A stretch of DNA of 64,000 nt, taken from contig NC_042998.1 in NCBI RefSeq assembly GCF_006345805.1, positions 52,762,001 to 52,826,000 on the forward strand, read 5' to 3'. The notes under the pieces are model-generated. The model made no database searches. It was not told the origin of the DNA and saw only the letters and a program-made list of their open reading frames with translations. The stretch comes from Octopus sinensis. Lineage: Eukaryota. The first letter of the stretch is position 1. Every line of letters begins with the position of its first letter. A program made the translations under genes and the position numbers. This document shows positions 36,814-46,767 of this stretch, one piece after another.

Positions 36814-39786
36814 GAAAGAGAGAGAGAGAGGAAGAGACAGAATGAGTGAGAGAGAGAGAGAGATACTTTTATTAGTCTCGCAATATTCACCATGTTTACT
36901 TCCTGTACTATTTACAACAATTTCATATGCATGCATAGCATATATAATTGAATACATTGCGCTATTAAACACACTGCGCTGTTATTGATCTACCATATTC
37001 AAAGTCTACCTTGATGTTAGCAAAGAAATTTTTCTTTTTTGTTTCTTCTTTTTTTTTTTTCTTACCCTATATTTGAGTCTCACTTTATTAATTGGCATAT
37101 ACACATAAAATTTCCAATGTAAATATATTCAAATTTTATATTTCTAAGGTGTGATTTTTTTTTTTATAAAACATGTTATATGATTTGTTATATACACTGA
37201 TAGTTCTATGATTATTATTAAATCTATGCTGTGGAAATTTGTTTGACATTGATCTCTACAGATGGTGAAGGTTGAGTCAGTGATAGACATGAAATGGAAT
37301 TTATCATGTAATCATCTATATTAATCCTGACAATGTCAACCTTGCTTTTCATCATTTTCTACAAATCTAGGTATGAGGGTGTAGTAAGAAGCTTGCTTCT
37401 CAACCGCATGGTTCTGGGTTCAGTCCCACTGTGTGGCATAACAGGCAAGTGTCTTCTACTATGGCCCCAAGCTGACTAAGCTAAAGTGAATATTTACTAC
37501 TGTTGTCACACATTATTATAGGTGCAGGTGTAGCTGTGTGGTAAGAAGTTTGCTTCCCAACCACATCGTTCTGGGTTCAGTCCCATTGTGTGTCTTTTAC
37601 TATTGCCTTGAACTAACTGAAGTCTTGTGAATGAATTTGATAGACAGAAACTGAAAGAAGCCTGTTTCATATTTATATATATGTTTATATCTATGTGTGT
37701 GTATTTTTGTGTTTGTTTGCCCCCACTCCATAACTGCTGGATAACTGGTGTTGGTTTGTTTATGTCTTTGTAACTTAGCACTTTGAGACTAAGTTCCAGC
37801 AATTGTTTCATAGATACTTTCATAATTTTATTCTCAACTCTACAGTTGTTCAACAGTTAACAGTTCAAACACATTGATACAATAATTTTAAAATTCATAA
37901 TTAATTAATTTAAGTAGGATGATAAACTGCTTCAACAGAAAATAAAGCTGAAATATGAAAATCAAAACTCTGTCACTATTTTAAGCACTAATTCAATGTA
38001 TGTACTGAGGTCAATTTGTTTGACTAAGCCCTTCAGAGCAGTGCCCCAGCATGGCTGCAGTCCAATGACTATAACAAATTAAAGATTAAAAAAAAAAAAC
38101 AATCCAGGAGATTGGCCTGATGAAACTGCAAGAATTTTGGTAAAAATGCTTTGTGGTATTTGTTCAATCATATTGCATTCTAAGTTCAAATCCCGTCACA
38201 CACAACCTAATTGGATGGGAGACTTAAACCATAGCCCAGTTTACCACTGATACCTGGCATTTTGAACCCTTTAGTGCTGTGGTTCTACACCAGGACCTAT
38301 TCGACCCCTGCAGTCCATTTAAGATATTTTTGGGGTCCACTCAAACAAAATAGTAAATTAGGGGCCCACTGTAGTATATTAAGTTTCCATGAAAAAAATT
38401 TTGCTTTAGATGTATTTATTGCCAGAAACAGCTAAGTTCATATGATCCTGGGGTTGGGGTTTATACAAGAGATGTATTTATTGCAAGAAACAGCCAGGTT
38501 TCTTTCTCTAACATTTTACCTAGTTTAACCTATAATGTGTGAAAAACAAAACAGTAGTTTTGAAAGAAGCTTCTGTAAAAACTAGTTTATAAATGAGGTA
38601 ATGTTTGGTCTCTAATAGAGATTTTCTAACTTGCTAATTTGTTAGTTTATAAACATCGAATACTTATAGGGTTCCACCAGAATAAAATAGTAATAAAAGA
38701 TTTTAAAAAATGGTTGAAAATGACTACTTTAGTAGATTCTATTCTGTAGACAAAACACCCAAGCTAGATCTCAATTTGAGGTTGCCTTCCTTACAGTCTT
38801 GGAAATCATATGAAAAGATCATGGGCATTGCCTTCTCTCCTGACCAAAAACAAAAACCAAAAAAATATCCTGTAGGTATCATCATCATCATCATCGTTAT
38901 TGTTGTTAAACTCATCATAATTTTTATGTCCACTTTTCCATGTTTGCATGGGTCAGACAAAACTTTTTTGAGGTGGATTTTCCTACTGCCAGATACCCTT
39001 CATGTTACTAACTTTTCCTCATTTCCTAGCAAAGTAATATTTCCCAATGGCCAGCCATGTTTTTACAGAGGACTGCAAACAAATGTCACCACTTGTATGT
39101 CAGTGATGCTTGTTTACAACGCTCGCATGATATCAAGAGACGGAGGCACAAGCACATACCTTCCCTTCCTGTTATCAACTCCTGCTTGTTTCCCAATTTA
39201 TGGTAATATCCTCTATGAGCAGATATAATTTGGAAGGCTGGAGATGAATGACACCACTTGTAAGACAGTTACACTGGTTAAAAACTATCAAGATGAGGCT
39301 GGTGCAAACACCAGCAGACAAACAGACAGACACACACACATTCCTTTTATAAAGTAATATGCAAATACATATCATGACAATCAAAATGGTAGTGATGAGG
39401 TAGGGTGCTTTGCTGGTTAACATTGCACCAGCATACTTATGTGCAAGTCAGGATAAGATTTTTCTGAGGAAGACTAGAGGTTGACCATCATGGAAGTGTC
39501 ACCTTTGCACACTACCAATATTTACCCAAAGAAAGGCTGCTGATTTTTGCCAGTATAGTTTTGTATTGGGTCACCAGCTCGTATTTAGTTGCTTTTACAA
39601 TGGCTGTTTTCAAATTTTTACAAATATTAATTTAATTATAATTTCTTACTTGAAACTCATCATAGATTCTGTCTGTATCATTACACATGTTTTTCAGCCC
39701 ACGGTAATTCAGTGGATGGGACAATTCAGCCTGAAATGAAAATAGTAACGATATATAAATATAGTTTTATTGTAATAGAAAATAAT

Positions 39787-39821
<35 letters not shown>

Positions 39822-40273
39822 AGAGAGAGAGAGAGAGAAAATAGCAATTGTTTCATAGATACTTTCAGAATTTTATTTTAAGCTCTACAGTTGTTCAATA
39901 GTTAACAATTCAAACACATTGATATGATAATTTTAAAATTCATAATTAATTAATTTAAGTGGGATGATAAACTGCTTCAACAGAAAATAAAGCTGAAATA
40001 TGAAAATTACAACTCTGTCACTATTTTAACCCTTTCGTTACTGCATTAATTTTGCGATGTTCTGTGTTTCTCTCAATTACTTTAAATATAATAAAGAATT
40101 TAGTAAAATAACTTAGTTATCATTAAGCTAGTATTAGGAACATAAATTGTGACTAAGGTTTGGTGGAAGATTTTATTTCAAAACTTATGAAAACAAGACA
40201 TTTGTACTTAGAGCCAGAGCCGGTTTCAGCCGGGTTGGTAATGAAAGGGTTAAGCACTAATTCAATGTATGCA

Positions 40274-40317
<44 letters not shown>

Positions 40318-42279
40318 TGTGACTGGAATATGACTTTAAACTGTATCCATTAGTGGGGCTCTATTTTGGGAGTTCAGTATTTTAAGGAATGTGGAACCAC
40401 CTCTTAGCCACTATTATTCCGAGGTCTACTCTGACCTGGAGCAGTAATTACCTTTCAGGGTCCCAGCTATTGGTTAATTAACATATGAGTACATGTGAAT
40501 ACTAGATCTAGTGGACTCTGCAGCAGAAACATTCATAGTTTAACAGAGAGGAAAACAACTACAGCAATGTACTGTGGATTGCAGGGAGGATGATGAGGCA
40601 AATAAAACATATTTGTTATCTACTGCATCCAACTCCATCACCAGTCAATCTTGACTTGATCTTGCCAGTGGATTGAAGATGATCACACACCAGAGAGTGA
40701 GGTCATCTTCAACTTCAACAAAATCAAGGCACAAGTCATTAGTCATTCCTAAGGATGACCAGATGGTCCTCGTCACTCCAACAAATGAACATGATGTATG
40801 TATGTATGTATGTATGTATTAATAAAAAAATATTAAAACTGTATTCCCATGCAAATTCTTGAAAAGGAGAACAATAAACCTATGTAAAGCTACAGTGATA
40901 ATATCATCATCATCATCATCATCATGGTATAACGTCTGCTTTCCATGCTAGCATGGATTGGATGATTTGACTGAGGTCTGGCGAACCAGATGGCTGCACC
41001 AGACTCTAATCTGATCTGGCAGAGTTTCTACAGCTGGATACCCTTTCTAACACCAACCACTCCGAGAGTGTAGTGGGTGCTTTTACGTACTACCGGCACG
41101 AGGGCCAGTTAGGTGGTACTGGCAATGGCCATGCTCAAATGGTGCTTTTTATGTGCCACCTGCGCAGGAGCCAGTCCAGCGGCACTGGCAACGACCTCGC
41201 TCAAATGTTTTTTTTACATGTGCCACCAGCACAAGTGCTAGTAAGGCAATGCAGGTAACGGCTAGTAAGGTGATGCAGGTAAATAAAAATATATAAAATT
41301 TAAAGGACTGAGCTAAAAAAATGAATCAAAGCATATATATTGCAATCAAATAGGCTTGGCTGTGTGGTAAGAAGCTTGCTTCTCAAACACATGGTTCTGG
41401 GTTCGGTCTCATTGCGTGGCATCTTGGATAAGTATCTTCCACACTACCGCTTGACTACAGGTATTGTTGTGTTTATATCCCTGTAACTTAGTGGTTCAAC
41501 AAAAGAGACAGATAGAATAAGTAACAGCCTTATCAAAATATAAGTACAGGGATCAATTCATTCAAACTAAAATTTTTCAAAGTGGTGACCCAGCTTGGCC
41601 GTAGTCAAATGACTGAAACAAATAAAAGATGTGTGTGTGTGTTTGTGATGATTGAATGTTATTTCATTCTATTTAAATTACACATTATCACCCTTGCACC
41701 ACATATCTATACTGAGGCTTTGTCATAATTTTGGTAAGGTAATACATTCTAGATTTCTTTAACAAATGTTTACAGACACATCTCCAATTCTATGATTTAG
41801 ATATCACATCCAAACTGTAGAGCCCTTTGTATAAAGAACATGCTCCCTAGAATGCTTTTACTTGAAACTTAAAACATTTCAACTTTGTTTATAATAACAT
41901 CTCATGTTTTGCTTTACATAAATGATGAAGATACTATAGAAACAAGTTTATTTCGGTTTAAATTCCTCTCCTGTGGTCCTGCTGGTCACGGAAATACATG
42001 TGCTTATATTATCACAAGCCATTATCTGTCAGAATCATAATCATGTCCAGGATTGAAGGATAAAAAGTAAGCAAAATTCACTGTGTGTTTATAAGTTTTA
42101 ATGTATGTATGCAATATATATATACATATACATATATACACATATATATGAATCATTTTTGCTTGTTTGCTGAGTTCGGCACATGTACGTTTTTTGTGAT
42201 ATGTTAAGGTAGTTTAGAGACATTTGGCTTTATTTTTTCAGCATGTGGTTTGGCTTGTATAATTACTCGCTTGCCCTGA

Positions 42280-42320
<41 letters not shown>

Positions 42321-45300
42321 CTCAGGCATGGCTGTGTGGTGAGAAGCTTGTTTCCCAACTACATGGATCTGGGTTCTGTCCCACTGTGTGGCACTTTAGG
42401 CTAGTGTCTTCTACTATAGCCTCAGGCTATAGTGGATTTGGTGGAGGAAAACTGAAAGAAGCCCTTCGTATATACATATATGTGTGTGTGTGTGTGTGTA
42501 TTGCTATGTGTATGTATATCTGTCTGTGTTTGTCCTCCAACCACCACTTGACAACCGGTGTTGGCATGTTTTGCATCACCATAACTTAGCGGTTTGGCAA
42601 AAGAGACCAATAGAATAAGTACCAGGCTTTAAAAAAAATACTAAGTACTGGGGTTGATTTATATGATTAAAACAAATTTCAAGGCAGTGCCCCAGCATGG
42701 CCACAGTCTAATGACTGAAATAAGTAAAATAATAAAAGAATAGACAATACATATATCATTATCATTGTTTAACGTCTGTTTTTCATGCTGGCATGGGTTG
42801 GATGGTTTGACTGAGGTCCAGGAAGCCAGAGGCTGCACCAAGCACCAATCTGATCTGACAAGATTTCTACAGCTGTATGCCCTTCCTAATACCGACCACT
42901 CCAAGAGTGTAGTGGGTGCTTTTTATGTGCCACCAGCGCAGGAGCCAGTCATGCAGGCTTGGCATTGATCATGTTCAGATAGAGCTTTCTATGTTCCACT
43001 GGCACAGGAGCCAGTCATGGGGTATTGGCATCGGTCACATTTGAATGGTTCCTTTTATGTGCCACTGGAAGAGGAGCCAGTCAGGGGACAGCAGCATACA
43101 ACTTAAAACTTTGAGGGGCTGTAAAATGAACCTAGCTCTTTACACTAGGTTGCATGGAGCTGGATTGAACTGTCATTAAATAATAGATTTAACACCTGCC
43201 TAAAGTGCTGAGTGCTACTTTCATTTGTTTGTCTACTTGCTTGTGTGTGTATCATCATACACACACACATTATCATGCTGGTATGAGTTGGATGGTTTGA
43301 CATGGAGCTGTCCAGATCCCAATTGTATGTTTTGGCATGATTTCTATGGCTGCATGCCCTTCCTAATGCCAACCACTTAACAGAGTGTGCTGGGTGCTTT
43401 TAATGTGTCCCCTGCACAGGTGCGTTTACACAGCACTATGCTGCTACTGCATAAATTTGTTAAACCTGTTAACAAACTAGCTATCAACAAGCCATTAATG
43501 GGTAATGTATAGATATCTATACATATATATTGTTTTTTCTCTATGATTTGATAAGCAGTGCCATGTCTTTACAATTCTGTAAATAATGCCCTTATGCCCT
43601 CCGTCGTCAACCAGGAGAATTCATCTATGAAGCAATTGCCCCAGCTCCGCTTCAGGGTTGACAAAAACGATGTGGTGGACAACGAAAAACCTGGCTGATG
43701 ACAGTCAAGGCTGATCTGGAATCCAACCTAGGCCCCCATGCCTACGGTGTTTGCTGCTGGAATGGGGGGGGGGAGTCGGAGATCCTGCGGTCATTAGCCT
43801 CAAATTACCAGGCCTGGTTGGCGTTTGTGAGAGATGCAGCATTGAGGATGAATGAAGCCAGCTCACCCTGGGTGAATGCTGTCTCAAGACAAGAAGAAGA
43901 AACAAAAACAATGATATTTTTATATGCTTAAAGCTTATGCAATGGGCTTCTTTAATCTTTGTCTACTGAATTCACTCACAAGCCTTTGATTGGCCCAAGT
44001 GTAAAGCAGATGACACTTGCTGAAGATATCACACAGTGGGACTGAACCCAGAACCATGTGGTTGGAAAATAATCTTCTTACCACACGGTCACACCGGCAT
44101 CTTTATAGCTTATATATCTTGAAAATATTATTATTGAATGTTATCTAATATTACATTGCCTGTGTTATCTATTATCATCTTTACATGCATTTTGTCAAAG
44201 ACAAGGAGAAGCAAATGATACCAAACTGTTATTTTAAATCACATTTGATTATTTTCATTTTGGAATAGATCAGCTTGATTCCTAGTTTGTAAACTGCTGT
44301 TTCAAATGTGCTTTTTGCCACGTCTCTGGGTTTGACATTCAAAATGATATTAATTGTGCTTACAGATGGATAATTAAAAGCTATAAATTCAATTAATTAA
44401 GAATGAAGAAAGATTAATTTATCTCCAAAATAAACCTGAAACATTATGGAATAAATTTATGTTCTGTTGTAAAATAGTGTAAGATTATATTGTAATTGTG
44501 TAAACTATTATATAATTGATCTTTACAAAGATTATTGTTCATTATAACATATTAAGGCAGTGAGCTGGCAGAAATGTTAGCAAGCCGGGCAGAATAAATA
44601 GTGGTATTTTGTCTGTCTTTACATTCTGAGTACAAATTTTGCCAAGGTTGACTTTGCTTTTCATCTTTTTCGGATTGATAAATTAAGTACCAGTAAAACA
44701 CTGGGGTTGAAGTATTTGACTAGTCCCCTCCCCCAAAATTTCAGGCCTTGTGCAAGGACTATAACATATTAAGATATTTAAAAAAAAAATAACTTCATGA
44801 AACGTATAAGAAGTTAGAAATGTGAGACAAATTATTAATGTTACTTCAAAGTATAGTATGCTCTTCCTAATGCCAAGTATAGTATGCTCTTCATAATTTG
44901 TGGGAGGAGACTAGTTGATTACATCGACCATAGTGTTTCAGTGGTACTTAATTTATCAACCCTGAAAGGATGAAAGACAAAGTCAACCTCAGAGGAATTT
45001 GAACTCAAAAGTGAAGACGGACGAAATACTGTTAAGCATTTTGCCTGGCATGCTAACAATTCAGCCACCTCATAGCCTTCTTCTTCTTCTTGATTATGAT
45101 GATGATGATGATGATCTTTTTACCTCACCATCACTTTGATGGTGTGCGCTGTTCTCTCACTCAACGATAACAATAGTATGACATGCGGTTCGGATTTTAT
45201 ATCCATGGTTAAAAAGAAGCTTGTTTTTCACAACAATTTAGCTTACTATCCACATTCTTTCCTTTCTTTCTTCCATTGCTCATCTTTACTTTACTCCTTC

Positions 45301-45763
45301 TAGTATTACAAACAACAATATTCTAGATTTACTTCCTTCACATTGCTCCCACTTAAAGAAACCAATTATATGTCTCATTGTTGTAATGCATATACACACA
45401 CATGCATATCGATACACATTTACATACAGGCCAAGCTGTATCACATTTCCAAGAGGCAGTATTCAGTCCTTTATTTTTTACTAGTCTTCTTCCTTAAACG
45501 CTGCGCCTTTCCTTAACCCTGGTTCATCCATTTGAACTCAGTATTATTAATCTGCAATTTGAACTAAATTGTACTCTCTCTTACTTCCAAGTAACCCCCT
45601 CACATCCAGTAAGAACCCTTGTAGACATGGGTTTTGACTTTCATCTTTCCATTATAACCTCAAATATACAAAAAAAAAAAATGGCCCCCAAAAAGCCAAC
45701 AAAAATAAGACTATTCCATGAAGGTAAAGAACAACAGTTAAATAGCTATATGTACACACACAC

Positions 45764-45805
<42 letters not shown>

Positions 45806-46728
45806 AAATCAAAACAACAATAGCAAGGAAACAAACAAAAATACTTCTAGCATACATGAATTATGTATTTATTCTGATCAATGCCAAAATCAATAAAGCT
45901 AAGGGAAGACGATAGAATACAAAATGAGTAAGATGATAAGAATAATATTGTTAGGGATTGAAAACAGAGATGATATCAATAAATACACACATACACACAA
46001 ACACACACACACAATATAGAAGGAGAATGAATGAATAACAAAAACCCATACAAAATAATCAAAATGAAAAATAGAAAAAAAAAAACATGGTGAATGTATA
46101 AACAAGGGAAGAAGATAAAATCTTGAAATAATGATCAAACAACATACGTGGTCAGCGGGCTCCATCCCTGCATTATAGAGGCCGCTGCTTGGACGTGACT
46201 GGGCCATTGTTCCAAGTGCAATTGAATCTAAGCTGCCCATTGACATTTTACGTGAAGGCATGTACATGTGCAGCTTCTGACAACGCCTGCGATGCACAAT
46301 TATCTGAAATGATAGAAATTTTCTGTGAATGAGTATGGATGCATGAATGTTTCTTCTGAGTGTGTGTGTGTTTGTACATGAATGTATTACATACGTACAT
46401 GGTTACATACATATATATATATATTTATACATACATATGGCAAGCTTCTCAGTTTCCATCTACCAGTCCTACTCATAAGATATTGGTCAGTTTGAGACCA
46501 AACAGTAGATACCTGGGGCCATGTCTATTGCCATGTGATTGCAAAGCAAATTTTGTAACAACACATAGCCATGCTTGCTCCTTCACACACACATTGATAT
46601 ATATGCATACACACACACACACACACATATATATATAAATGAATGCATATACATATACAAATACATACATACACATATATGTGTATTTGTTTATAAGTAT
46701 GTAGATATTCACACACACACACATGGTT

Positions 46729-46767
<39 letters not shown>

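Noticed and set aside
40620-40800. + strand frame [10 protein letters not shown]...TNEHD ending at gtatgt
   Set aside because: In-frame stop just upstream, no acceptor, the donor is the start of a (TATG)n microsatellite, and there are no partner exons.
44364-44435. 72-nt exon-like segment on the minus strand with good AG/GT sites
   Set aside because: Stops in all three frames.
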